NCBI GenBank assembly: GCA_025594325.1
Contig: JANHCV010000002.1
Location: 1,426,001 to 1,490,000, forward strand
From: Blastocladiella emersonii ATCC 22665
Taxonomy: Eukaryota; Fungi; Blastocladiomycota
Length of the DNA stretch: 64,000 bases
Direction: 5' to 3'
This document shows, piece by piece, positions 43,493 through 56,175 of this stretch. The translations under genes and the position numbers were made by a program. The notes under the pieces were generated by a model, which saw only the letters and a list, made by a program, of their open reading frames with translations, was not told where the DNA came from and searched no databases. Positions within the stretch are counted from its first letter, which is position 1. Every line of letters begins with the position of its first letter.

Positions 43493-44059
43493 GGGCGGCG
43501 TTGCGTTCGCCAACTCGCCACCCTCAAGCACATTCCCCAAGGTCTTGGACGCTCCGAACGCGAGGATCGACCGTGTAAATACTTTGTCATGTTACCCAGC
43601 AATCAATATCACATCTTTCGTTTTGTCAGTTTCATGGTGTCGTGGAGGATGGGGAGAGCGAGGACGCGCTGCGGCGCCTCGACGCGCTTTGAGCTGCGCT
43701 TCTCCGCCACTCGTTGACCGACCCGTCTACGACTTCCTGGATTTTGACGATGACACCTCATGCAACTTGCTTATCCATGACGCATAAACCCGTCATCGTT
43801 GTTGCACGGACCGTTTCAGTGCCTCGGCGCGAGTCGGGCCACGACAGCGACGCGACGCACTCGATCCGCTTGCGTCAGTCGAGGACCGTTTCGCCGACTC
43901 TTGAGGAACTCCGGCTCATACCCGATAGTCCTGTCTTCGGCCTATGGACTCGCCATCGACGAACTCGGGCGCCCCTGGATGGCAGCTGGACGCGGGCTCG
44001 TCGCCTATGAGCTCGTAGCACTCTGCACGGCGCTCGATGTGATCCAGGAGGAGCGATCC

Positions 44060-44529
44060 AGGGGGACTTTGTCGTCAATGAGCGTACGAGAGCCGCGCGT
44101 CAGCATGAACATGCACTTGCAGCGCACTTGGACGTGGCCCGCGATGAGAACGGACAGGCTCTCGCGAACAATGACAACGGCCTTCTCCATGAGGTCGGCC
44201 GTGAAGGCGAGCGCGTCATCGACGAGTCCAACGCTGATGATGCCCGAGTCGGCGCTAAGGGTGACTGCCGAGGTGCACAGGCCGTACAACGTGGCCGTGA
44301 TCCTGGCGGTCGCGATCAGCGTCCGGAACGAAACGATGAGAATCAGGCCGAGGAACAGCAGCCCGAAACTGGAGAATCCTCGACTACGGCTATCACGACC
44401 GTCGCGATCATCACCATGATGCCGAACGAGTTGGCCACGTACGCGAGTAAAATGAGGTTCTGGATCGCCGTCAGCAAACACGTACTGACGACCAGCCGTG
44501 TCGATCTCCCATTTGAGCCAAGTTGCTGA
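44060..44529 (+). pseudogene. Unassigned coding-like remnant
   Basis: Open frame with host-like codon usage, but no clear start or recognizable domain. Confidence 0.25.
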
Positions 44530-44670
44530 GTCCGATCCAGATCGACGAAGTGATGATGTTGGGAACACACGAAAGAAATCAAATTTTCGAACAAGAGAAA
44601 CACAAACAAACGGTACTCTATGAGAGAATAGGCAAGGATGAGGGGTATCACGAAAGCAAAACACGGAAAC

Positions 44671-45374
44671 TCAGAAACCATCAACGGCGGCCACGGCGGA
44701 CTGCAGGACAACGGGCGCTGAGGAACTGGGGAGAACCTTGACGCCAAAATTGGTCGAGCACGGCTCGGAAGTCGCAGCAGACACCTTGACGGTACTGGAT
44801 GCACCGCCCAGTAGGTTGCTGAACTGAGCCTTGATTGACAACCAACGGGAGCTCGAAGCCGACTCGACCAGCGTCTGATCTGACCCGAACTCGGCCGGGA
44901 GCTTGACGAGTTTTGAGTCAATGGCTATGGACTTGGCCACCGCCGCCACCTTTGCCTCGGGGTTCACCGCGGCCGCCGACGCACTGCCACGGTGGCCGGC
45001 ACGGCGGCGAACTCAGCGCAAAACTTTGCCAGCGGTGCTGCGCTTCTTCTCGGCCTTGGCGGGAGCGGTGGGGGCGTGAGTCGCAGCCGTCAACCCAAAA
45101 GTGGTGGAGAACTCAGTTGACACGGTGCCCGCGGAGTCGGGGCACGTTGAGGTCTCCTTGGTCTTGATCAGCGCCGTAGCAGCGGCCTGGGTAGTCGGGA
45201 CGGCGGCAGGTGTAACAGCAGTCACGGCGGCGGGCTCAAAGGCAGCGCGCAGGGTCAAAACATGCACCCCGGCGAGCGCATTGAGCACCGCCGCCGCCGT
45301 CACAGCGCACGCCGGAACCGACTTGGTCTTGTTGTCGCCCTGCGCGAGCTGGTTCTTGTCGTTGCCAAAGTGGA
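44671..45374 (-). pseudogene. 3' half of the host gene whose 5' half is at 38002-38251
   Basis: A38251 joined to minus-strand 45374 onward reads ATC CAC TTT GGC AAC... = (QVHV)IHFGNDKNQLAQ..., in frame and open to 45013. A further frameshifted segment continues to 44671. Confidence 0.65.
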
Positions 45375-47998
45375 CTAGGTGTGTGTGCTGCGCACACACT
45401 TGGGTCTCAGCTGTAGCTTTACTTGGCTTCTTGAGACTGTTTCAGTTGGTGAAAGTGAAGTAGTTTATCAATTCTCAATCCTGCTCAGCAGGGACAGTCG
45501 CTCCATGTCCTTCGCCACGTGCTGTAATGCCTTCTGCACAAGAACCCAACTGTTGAACCAGATGATGAGGATGTCCTTGGTCCTGCGCGCTTGAGAGAGG
45601 ACCATGTACGGGTACTGGGCAGGAAAACGATGCGGGAGCTTGGGGTCGCCAAAGTCAGCAATGACCTTGTTCAGGGTCATCGTTGTGAGAACACGAACGC
45701 AAGCGCCAACGTGACGCGTCACGCAACGCGTCTTTGAAACGCGTTCTCAGAGTTCAGGGGTAAACTCTTTGAGCTCGCCAGTCAACGAGCACCTCACAAA
45801 TTCGAGTAGTAACCAGTTGGAAGAAAAAGAGTTTGGAATATATCAGACAGCAGAAGTATTTTTCGAAAGAAACGAAGGAAGGAACAGGATCAGGATCAGG
45901 CCAAGCGGTCCTTGCCCTTGCCCTTGGCGGGACCGCGACGCGCGCGCTTGGTTGGCGAGGCCGGCGGGGTCGCTGAGTCGTCGTCGTCAGCCTCGTCGTC
46001 ATCTTGGGCGGCAGGGACGGCAGCGCCGGACTTGCCCTTGACGGCCGACGTGCGGGTACGCTTGGTGGGCGAGGCTGGCGGGGTCTTGACCGTCTTGTTC
46101 TTGTCGCGGCCCTTGGCCTTGGTGGCCATCTTGCGTGCGCGGCTTGACAATGACAACGGGCCCAACTCGCACTTGCTCTCCTCCTCGTCGGCGTCGACCT
46201 CCTCATCAGCCTCCGAGTTGACGACGATCTTGGTGATGTTCTTGTTCTTGGTCACGGCGGACAACAACGCGGGAACCACGGTCATGTCGGACTCGCTGCC
46301 GACGTCATCCCACTCCTGCAGGTTGATGTCAAGCTCCTGGACGACAGCTGACGCCGCGGGTCCTGACGGCGTCGTGGCGCTGCCAGACGTGGTGCTGCCC
46401 AACGTGGTGCCGCCCGACGGCGCGTTGATGGACGCCGAGGTGGAAGTTGGCGAGCGGGTGGTGCACGCGGCCATGAGCGGGACGAGCGCAGCGGGCGCGG
46501 CCGCAGCGCCGGGAACCATCTTGGCGGGCAACGAGGGACTGGCCGTGAACATGGGCGGACCGTTGGGGCCCTGCAAAGGAGGCGGAGCCGTCGCAGTGGC
46601 GACCGACCGCATCTCGGTGATGAAGAAGGCGACGGACAAGGACATGGTGAAGTGGTCATTGTTAGCCGCACCCTCGAAGCCACAGAACAGCGGGCCAGAG
46701 ACGAGCATGGTCTTGCCCATCACCCACAGGCCCTTACTGCCATGCACACTGCACATCGATTCGTGAGTGAGAAGATTCGCAGAAGAGTCGAACAGCGGAT
46801 CAGGACGTACCGGTTGGTCGGGATCACACAGCTCATGGACCACGTGGTTGCGCGGGGAGCAGGCTGGCCGCGGTGCGTCGGGTTGAGGAACTGCGACGTG
46901 CCGTTCATGACGGTCATGGGCTGGGCCAGTTCAAGCGTGGGTTGGCACATGGCGAACGTCTTGCCGCCGCCTAGAAGTGGGAGATGTGTGTGAGCGCGGT
47001 GAGGGAACAAATCGATGAGGACGACCAAACCAAAGGTGAACAGGCCGCTGATGATTGCGGGGTCGGGGTAGCAGATGGCGGGGTCGAGTTGACCGAGCAG
47101 GCTGGAAGCGATCAGGTAGAACACGAGCGTCTTGGGGGCGTCAAAGGTTGGAGCCATCACGGACGGGCACACGTCAATCTTGATGAAGCCGTCGGCCTTG
47201 TACGAGTTGCCGACGAGCAGGCTGCCGCGGTACGCGACGGCCGTGGCCTGCAGCAAGCCGAGCGGATCGGTTGAGGCGTTGGCGTTGATGAGGGGAACAC
47301 CAGGCGAGTAGCGGACGGGGATCTCGTTGTTGAAGAAGAGGAAGGGGCTTGACGGCGGAGACGGAAGCTTGGAGAGAACCGTGAAGCGCGACGAGCAGCG
47401 CAGCGAGAACGTGGGAGAGAAGTTCATGGTGTTGCGAGTGGTGGAGGAGAGCAAGGACTGTCAGCGGCGGCCCGCGCGCCTTTATATGTGGCCGCATGGC
47501 GGCCAGGCAGACGCCGGATCGCGAAGTATTAAGCGCTGCATGGGGTAGGAGTGGCGGGTAAAGAGCTGGTCAGCACAGGAGGTCTCAAAGAGCGTCGACG
47601 AGCAGCGGCAAGCGCGAGCGAGCGGGCGTGGAGTGGGAGAGCTTCCGAGGGCGCGAAAATGCAGCCAGACAGGATTGATGTCAGGTCACGTGATGCTGAA
47701 CAGTCAGTTTCGAGCGAGGTCCGTCTCGTCGCGCCTGCGCACGGGAACCGCTGCACAGGACCTCGCTCCCCTCGAAGTGAACAGCCTCGAACTGTTGGGG
47801 ACTAGGCAAAGCACAGTCCAGATTTACGTTGCAGGGGTCGGAATGAAGTGAAAGCGAAAAACAACGGAACTCGTCGCGCGACGAAAATCGAAAACGGTCA
47901 CTGAGCCACTCATGTGACCACAAGAGCAAGGTTGATGTGCCTGATAGGTTTCAATTGCTCCCACAGAAACTCAGCTTCGCTAAAGCTACAGCTGAGAA
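45375..47998 (-). mobile_element. Helentron-type element, copy R (2624 bp), inverted relative to copy L
   Basis: Reverse complement of copy L with the same termini (CTAG 45375-45378, TTCTCAG at 47998). It lacks 668 bp (L 40569-41236) that carry most of the PIF1 remnant. Confidence 0.87.
45896..47427 (-). CDS. Second copy of the element-borne gene
   Basis: Mirror of 38823-40354. The translations are identical except one L/S change. Confidence 0.6.
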
Positions 47999-48994
47999 AT
48001 AATCGCGGGAACACCACTAAAATTGCTCATTCGACATATCCGAGTCGCATATACAATTTCAGCCGGGTCGGTTATGTGACTCGATTCAAGAAGCTAAGTC
48101 TGAGGGGCCGATTTCGTCCGAACGACCAAAACCGAAAGTTTTTTTCAACTTTGCACGGTCGGACAACTTCTCGGCACCCCGACACTCCGACTCGGAGACT
48201 TTTGTATATTCGGGGTCCCTGAAGCTCTCTGATCACGACCCTATGCTCAGAAAAAATTTTCGGGTGTACTTTGAATTTAGACAGCTAAGTCGTGTCACGT
48301 GGGATGATGTCAGGCTGGCGGAGCTACGCGTCGATCACGTCCGCGTGACCCGAAGCACACGTCGAGCCGAGCCGCTGATCTTCGCTGCTTGGCAGAAACA
48401 CCACACCCGTTCATTGATCATCGCTCTCCGGTTTCTAATTATTCCTTCACCCAGGGCTTGTACTCCAGAAGCGACTGTTGCACACGCCCACGAGAACGGC
48501 ACTCCGCCCCGCTTCTCCTCGTCTACCCGGCCACCGATTCAAAGTCCTATCGATAATGTTGCGGCTCTCGGTCGATACAACTTTGACGATTGTCGGCACG
48601 ATACGCTGGGCGCTCAGCCCGCGGACGAAGTGCCGCACGCTCTGAACAGTAGTTGCTCCGAGTAGGAGGCCTCGAACAACGCACACCGACTGACTCGGTC
48701 ATACGGGAAGCACGTTGTTGAGTTAGTTAGCGCGTTTTTGTGCAGGTTGCAGTCGCGGTCGTGGCTTTTGATGGGACAATGATGCGGAAGTGGCAGATGC
48801 ATTGATGCCTGCGTTAATCCTCGTCGCCGTTTCGCGCCACGGTGGCCTTGAGCTGGTTGACCAACCGGTTGGTTTGAGCTGTCGCTGCGCGTGTCTGGTC
48901 CTCCGTGAAAACGCGAGTAGCCGCGGTACGCAGATCGCATGACGCAGCCTCAGCTTCGCCTGCGTGGCTCGGGGCAAAGTTGAATGCCCGGTGC

Positions 48995-49460
48995 CTCTTC
49001 ACCTAGAAGCTGGCGAAGTCTTCTTCGAAGCCGCCCATGAGCTCGTAGAGCTTCGACCCAGAAGGTTCCGAACTGGCAAACGAGGACATGGACTCGATGC
49101 CCGACGTGCTCGTCGTTGAGGAGCCCAACCAATCATCTTCGCCGTCCTGCTGGTTGATGTTGACGTTGAGCTCGTACCGATCGCCGTTGTGACTGTGCTA
49201 TCTGCGGGTTGTAATGCAACGGGACGGCATTGATGACGCCATGTGCTGGATCTGGAGCTGCACGAGCATGATCTTCTGACTCGTCTCGAACGAGGACCTT
49301 GTCGTTTGAGTAGTCGACACCCTGCTCGGCCTCAAACTTGCTGAAGATGAGGTGCTGCCGTGCCCGCGTTTCATGATGGTGGCGCAGCGCGTCGACTTGA
49401 AACCCGACGCGAGTTGCTTGCCGCGGGATCTGTTCGCGCAGCTGATCGGTGAGGGAGCGT
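48995..49460 (-). pseudogene. Unassigned coding-like remnant next to a microsatellite
   Basis: Two frames (LTDQLREQIPRQ... and ...DGEDDWLGSS...GFEEDFASF*) with no clear start. Confidence 0.25.
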
Positions 49461-49507
49461 ACCGCACCGCACCGCACCGCACCGCACCGCACCGCATTGC
49501 ACCGCAC
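49460..49507 (+). repeat. (ACCGC)n pentanucleotide microsatellite
   Basis: accgc x7 followed by degenerate copies. Confidence 0.9.
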
Positions 49508-49809
49508 GACGAGCTACAGCAGCCCTGCTAAAATCGCCCGATCAAAAGCTCGGCGCAGCCGCGCCGCGGGTTTACGCGCACGTGGGCGGGCGCACCTGAG
49601 TGGCGCGTGTGCGCGCGCGTTCCCACGGTGGTCCGGGTCCCACGGTCCAGACCGTTCCAGACCTCGCAACCCCTGCTTTCCCGCCGCGCGCTCGATTCGA
49701 GCAACGCTCGAATGCTGGCCGAGTATAAAGCGGATCCGACGCCCGCCGCCCTCCCTCCTCAATCGCTTGCGCGACCCGGCTGGCCGGGACCCCCACATCA
49801 GTAGCAACC

Positions 49810-52800
49810 ATGAAGCAACCTGCCGGTCGTCGACCCGCCCGCAGGGCGCTTGCCCTCGCCGTCGCGGCCGCGTTCGTCGCCGCCCTCCTCGTCACCTCGC
49901 CCGTCCACGCGACCGCGACTGCGCCCGAGACGGGCACGCCCACGACCGCGGCTGGCGCGGCTGAGCCGACCGAGCGCCAGCGTCGCAACCCCGCTCCTGG
50001 TACGATCGACTTGCGGGACAGCTCGAGCCGTCGAAACTGACGCTGGTCGCCTCGTACTGGTAGCACCCGCGCCCGGCGACGTCGTTGCGACACCGGCGTG
50101 CACCCAGGTCAACTACCGGTTCGCCGATACCACCTCGGTCGAGCCGTGCACGACCCGCTTGTGCGTCACGTACAGCGTCGGCGGGAACCGCGCCGTGACG
50201 GGCCTCAACTTCCCCGTCTCGACGGTCGGGCTCGTCTCGATCGCGTCCGACTTCACGTACACGCGCGCCGGCGGTGCCGCCACCTCGACCCGCATGACCG
50301 CCGCCTTCACCGGAGCGACGGGCACCCTCACCATGACCCACCCCACCGTCAGCGTCTCCAACGCACTCACGGCGTTCACGTACTGTTTTACGGCCCGCGC
50401 CGGGCCCATGCCCCTCTCGGTCGGACCCAACATCTACCCCGTCATCGATGGCTCGACGTACGCCTCCATCTTTCTTCGCTGTCACTCCGTTCCGATCGCT
50501 CACTTCTTCACTTCCCCTCCCGCCTGTAGCTGCTCGCTTGCCGCTGCAACCCCCATCATCGGCGGTTTCGGCTGTAACGCCGACTGCTACATCTACCCTC
50601 CGCCGCCCAACTTTGACTGCCCCGCCGCCTGCGCCACCATCTCGGGCACCACCACCACCTCGCCCGGCTTCACGGCCACGGCCACGCGCACCCTCACCAC
50701 GCTGCAGGCCCAGCTGGGGATCGGCACCTCCTGCCCGCCCAAGACCACCACCTGTCCCTGCGCGCCGATCCCCTGCGTCACGGGCGTCACCGTCCAGTCC
50801 ACGACCACCGACATCGCGTGCTCGACGACCCAGGGCCCCGTCACCACAAAGACGCTCAAGACGTTCGCCACCGTTGTCACGTCAGCCCGTTTCGGCGGTA
50901 CCTGCTCGCTCGGCGCTACGACCACCAACTTCGAGACCAAGTCCTGCCCGCCGCTGCCCACCAACTGCGTCCCGAACACCGCCATCCCGCCCGTCTTCGA
51001 CTGCTCCTCGGCGTGCCGCGCGACCACCGCCTCGAACCCGACCCTCACCTCGTCCTACCCGTACACGGCCACCCCCGCCGCCAACGGCGGCAGCGCCTGC
51101 ACATCGGCCACCTCGGCCTGCGCGTGCTCCAAGACCGACTGCGTCCAGGGCCCCGTCACGTCGCGCACCGACCCGATTGGCGCAACGTACGACTGCGCCA
51201 CCGTCACGGCTACCACCTCGTTCGTGTACGGTGCCGTGTACAGCACCACGCCCGTCCTCACGTCGCCCGCGCACGGCGGCTCCGTGTGCCCCGCCACCAC
51301 GGTCGCCACCTCGACGCTCTCGGCCTCGTGCGCGCCCGTCGACTGCGTCGTTGCCACGGTCACCCCGCTGGCGGACCGGTGCTCGACTGCGTGCTCGGCC
51401 CTCATCACCCCGCCGCCCGGCCCGCCCGCCGAGAACCGCGTCCCGCGCACCCTCACCCTCACGTTCCCCGCCGACACCACCCCGACGCCCGCCGCCCGCG
51501 GCGGGTCCGCGTGCCCGACCCTGACGGCGACCTGCGTCGCGCCGTGTGCGCCCTACAACTGCGTCCTCGGCGCGGACGCCGCGACCGAGGTGATTGGCCA
51601 GGAGGACTTCAGCTGCGCCACGGTCGAGGCCCCCGCCCCCGTCGAGACCACGTACCTCACGCGCCGCACCACCAGCGCCATCCTCACATCGGCCCATTTC
51701 GGCGGCACCTGCTCGCCGGTCGCCGAGACCATGTACTCGACCTCGTGCGGCGCCGTCGACTGCACCCCGAGCGTCACGCCGACTCCGACCACGGCGTGCG
51801 CCGACGCGTGCGCGGCCGACGAGATCGTGGTTGCCGACAACGCGTCGCCCTACACGGCCACGCTCACAGTCAACTACCTGCCCCTCACGGCCGCCAACCG
51901 CGGCGGCGCCGCGTGCACGCCCGCCACGATTCCGTGCGACTCGGCGTGCTCGGCGGTTGACTGCACGCTGGGCGCGGCCACCGCGTCCGAGACGTTCGGT
52001 CCCGCCACGTACGACTGCCAGGACTCGGACCTGGCAACGTCGACCACATTCCGCGAGATCCGCAGCACCTACGCCATCGCCCGCTCGGCGCGCTACGGCG
52101 GCCGCGAGTGCACCACGGTCTCCAAGTTCCCGACCGCCACCGTGTGCCCGCCCGTCGACTGCACGCCCGAGGCCACGCCGACCAATGAGCTGATCCCCGA
52201 CGCCGAGTGCTCGGCCGCGTGCGAGGCCCACGCCACCGCCTACAACGACAACCTCGGCTTCACGCCGACGCTGTCCAAGTCGTACCCGAACACGGTCCGC
52301 GCGGCCGTCCGCGGCGGCAGCACCTGCCCGCTCGCGACGCGCACCTGCCCCGCGTGCGCTCCGACCAACTGCGTGGTGGACCCGACGAGTGTTGTCGACG
52401 TGCAGGCCACGGGTCCCGCCGATTTTGATTGCGCGACCGTGGTCGCGACCGCCCCCGTCGAGACCACGTACCGCACCGCGACGACCACCTTCGCCACGGC
52501 CCCGCCGCGGTTTGGGGGTTCGACGTGCTCTGACCACACGACCATCGTCAAGTCGTCGACCACCTGCTCGGCCGTCGACTGCGTCGGCTCGTACCCGACG
52601 GACCTCGCCGAGCGGTGCGCCGCGCGCTGCGTTGCGGACAACGCGCAGGAGGCCAACTACCAGCCCACGCTCACGCTCCCGTACGACGTGACACTCACGC
52701 CGGCCAACCGCGGCGGCGTCGCATGCCCGACCTCGACCCACTACTGCCCGCAGTGCAACGCCGTCGACTGCGTCCTCGGCGCCGCCACGGCCTCGGCCAC

Positions 52801-55353
52801 GTTCCGGTCCAACCCCGTCGACTGCAACACGCTCGCCGGGGCCGAGCCGCTCACGACCACGTGGTTCTCGGCCGAGACCACGTACGCGGTCGCGACCGGT
52901 CCGCGGAACGGCGGGACCTGCGCGCCGACCAAGACATCGACCGAGGTCGCCACGTGTACCGCCACGGACTGCGTGTCCGAGACGATCGCGCCCGAAGCCT
53001 TTGACGCCGAGTGCGCGCGCAAGTGCGGCGTGCTCGCCACGGTGCTCCAGGACAACGCGGTTACGGCGCCGATGGCGACGATCGTGCCCGCGACGCTCAC
53101 CACGTCCAACTTTGGCGGCAAGACGTGCACCGCGTCCGAGTCGGTGTGCCCGACGTGCGCGGCCATCGACTGCCAGCTCGGCACCGCCACGGTCATAGAC
53201 TCGCCGATCTCGACCGATGGGCCATCGACGTACGAATGCAAGACGGGCGACGCGATCGTCACGCACGCGACGCTGTACGCGACGGTCGTCACGGCCACGC
53301 CCGCGCGGTTCGGCGGCAAGACGTGCTCGGCGAGCGTCGTCTCGACGGGTACGCTGACCAAGGACTGCCATCCAACGGACTGCGTCGTCTCGGGCGACCC
53401 TGTGTTTGACTGCGCAGGCGCGTGCGCCGCGGCGACGGAACTCGCCGAGTACGCGCCCGTTCTCGAGACCACGTACCCGGTCACGCTCACGGCGCAGGTC
53501 AACTCGGGCTCGGCGTGCCCCGCGGCCAAGACGACGTGCCCGACGTGCGACCCCGTCGACTGCGTGCTCAGCGCCGACCCGTACGCCGAGACGACGCGCG
53601 ACGTGCCGGTGCAGTGCGCGACGCTCTCGGGATCGACGAGCGCTGCGACCAAGATCGCCACCAAGACGTACTCGACGTCGCGCGCGGCCCGCCTCGGCGG
53701 CAAGGCGTGCGGCCCGACGACTTCGGTGTCGACGGTCGGGTACAAGACGTGCGGCTGCGACGCTGAGGTCGGCGACACGGCTACGCTCGCGACCAACTGC
53801 GCCCCGGCGTGCACGTACACGGCCAAGGTACAGAGCGCCGACGGGTTCTACTACTCGGACGGGATCAAGGCGTGCACCACGGCGACGCGCGACGGATGGT
53901 ACGTTTTTCAGCTGTTCGAGCCCGCTGATCCGGGATACTGACCCCATTTCGCGCGCGGATTCGTAGCACGAGCATCAACCCGACGCCCTGCAGCTCGCAG
54001 ATCCCCAAGACCGACTGCGTCCTCTCGGCGACGCCCTCGTGCCCCGCGGTCGCATGCCCGACCGGCTCTCCCGCGGCATCCACGTCGCGCATCACCTGCG
54101 AGTACCCGGTGCTGACGTCGGCGGCCAACGGCGGTACTGCGTGCGGCCCAACGACGACGGCATCGGACGTCTCGCTTTACCAGCTGTCCGCGACGTCGTG
54201 CTCGGCGTCCTCGATCAAGGCGTCAGCGACCACCGGCACGCTCGCGACTACGACGTGGGCGGGCAAGGTCGTTTCCACCTCGACTTACGTCGGCCCCACC
54301 TCGCTCGCCTGGTACGAATGCTCGGCTTTACTACCACGACTTTTCGCTGACAACGGTTCTTGAACGTGTAGCACCAAGACGGTGTCCAACACGGCCGAAA
54401 TCGCATGCGAGACGACAGTGGTCGCGGTGGTCAAGGAGTCGTGCGCCGCAAACCCGCTCGGGATCAGCACCGACTTCAACGCCGTCTTCTACAACTCGTT
54501 CGCGCAGTCGTCGGGCCGCACCGAAGGCCGGCTGGCGATCGGCGGCGCCGCGTCGCTCTCGCAGTACTCGGTCGCCGAGGGCATCACGCCGCCGCTGGCG
54601 TGCGACGCTGTGGCGCTCGTCGTCGGCGGCACGCTCAGCTACCCGTCGGGCCGCGTCTTCTCGGGCTCCATCCGCGTCGGTGCGACGGCCGGGTCGACGG
54701 TCGGCAGCTCGGTCCTTTCGGGTCTCCGCAGTTGCGCCACGTTCAGTGCGGCGTCGCCGAACCTCGCGTCCGTCTTCGACTTTGTCGCGCACCGCGCCGC
54801 CATGATTGCGCTCGCCAACACGCTGAGCGCGCTGCCCGAGACGCTCGAGATTGCGCCCAAGCCCGAGTGGGGCGCGCGCGTGGTGCGGCGCAAGGCGACG
54901 CCGGCGGCCGGCGACAAGTTCGAAGTGCTGCGCATCGCCAAGCCGGCGTCGTCCGGGTCGGCGGACATGCCCGAGATCAACTGGGCCACGGTCGTCGCGC
55001 TCACGGGCGCCAGCAAGGACCGCACGCTCATCATCAACCTCGACGCGAGAGTCGCGATCCGCGGCAACGACTACACCAAGCTCATCAACTCGGGGATCCC
55101 CGTCGTGTGGAACTTTGGGTCGGCCGCGACCTCGGCTGAGATCAAGTGGGTCACGCTGCCCGGGTTCGTGCTCGCGCCCAACGCCAAGGTCTCCGGGTCC
55201 GGCACCGTCAATGGGTTCGTCGTGGCCAAGGATCTCGACGGCGCGGCCACGCTCTCGTTTGCCCTCGCCAAGGACGCCATGGGCAAGCTCTGCGTCCCGC
55301 CCGCTGCCGCGGCGGCGAGTCCCGCGGGCCCGACCACTGTCACCGTGGCCTGA
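49810..55353 (+). CDS. Large secreted Cys/Thr-rich protein: ~16 degenerate spondin/TSP1-like repeats plus C-terminal choice-of-anchor-A domain; ~5 exons
   Basis: TATAAA at ~49724. Signal peptide RRALALAVAAAFVAALLVTSPVHA. Repeats VDCV...(N/R/F)GG..C. The C-terminus NPLGISTDFNA...EGRLAIGG...ALVVGG...FDF...LIINL...VVWNF...GFVLAPNA.V.G..NGFVVA matches the choice-of-anchor-A pattern. Introns at 50000-50063, ~50458-50530, ~53899-53967 and ~54311-54371. Confidence 0.78.
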
Positions 55354-56175
55354 CCTCGTCCGCGCACACCATCACACCAAGTCAAATTTTGCACATCTAC
55401 TCCCACCTGTATCTGATATTCCCGCGTAGCTTTTCACGAACGTGTAATTGAGTCAAGCTCCTTGCGATTTTCCGCCTCCTTGCCGCTGCCTCGTGAGGTC
55501 ATTGGCTTCGGGACACGCGTCTGCGTTTTAATCTCGATCATCACGCCGTTGATGGCGTGCTAATCGTACATGTACCGCCCCTCTCAAGGCACCTCGCGCC
55601 GCGTGCAGCAGCGATGCGGGACAGCTCCGCGTGAATCATGTGCACGTGATATGAACAACGCGTTTGGCACACCCGCTCCGCACAGAGTCGTCGGCCATCG
55701 CTGGCGGCGGGCATGGCGAGCACCCAGGAATCTCCCCCTAAAGAACCTCGGACCGAGGTGTAGGAAGTTGACACACGCGACAATGGTTCAAGGCCGGGCT
55801 GAGCGGGAAGATGCGCAACGCACGCCAACGCAATGTGGTCGCGAAAGGTCGCACTTCAAGACTCCAAACTCGGTTTGAGCGCAAGACCGAGGACGCGATG
55901 TAGGAAGCGAACATGATCGGGGCCGAAATGAGGATTACAGCCGCGATTATGGGCGAGGACGAACCGCTTAGCCGCGTTCTCATCGATCGTCTCCAGCACA
56001 CACCCGATAGAAAAATAGGATGAATAAGGCTCAACCGCAGCTTTATTATTGACAAGCGCCGACAGGCGACAGGAGTGAGAGCGAGAGGGTGAGAGAACAA
56101 CGAGAGGGGAGGGAGAATTGACAAAGGAGCGACGGGAGGAAGAGCAAAGGGAGCGGCCGGACGGTCGCGAGGGGC

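Noticed and set aside
38252-47998. One 9.7-kb cut-and-paste transposon with giant TIRs (Mutator/Polinton-like)
   Set aside because: There is no target-site duplication and no DDE transposase or polymerase. Each arm has its own complete rolling-circle termini, and the inner flank continues a host ORF.
38252-47998. Assembly artefact producing the inverted duplication
   Set aside because: The arms differ by a clean 668-bp deletion and CpG-specific substitutions and have distinct, biologically coherent flanks. It cannot be fully excluded without reads.
47999-48300. MITE/TIR-like AT-richer sequence with short inverted matches (CCGAGTCG/CGACTCGG)
   Set aside because: The matches are too short, and no defined termini or TSD could be established by eye.
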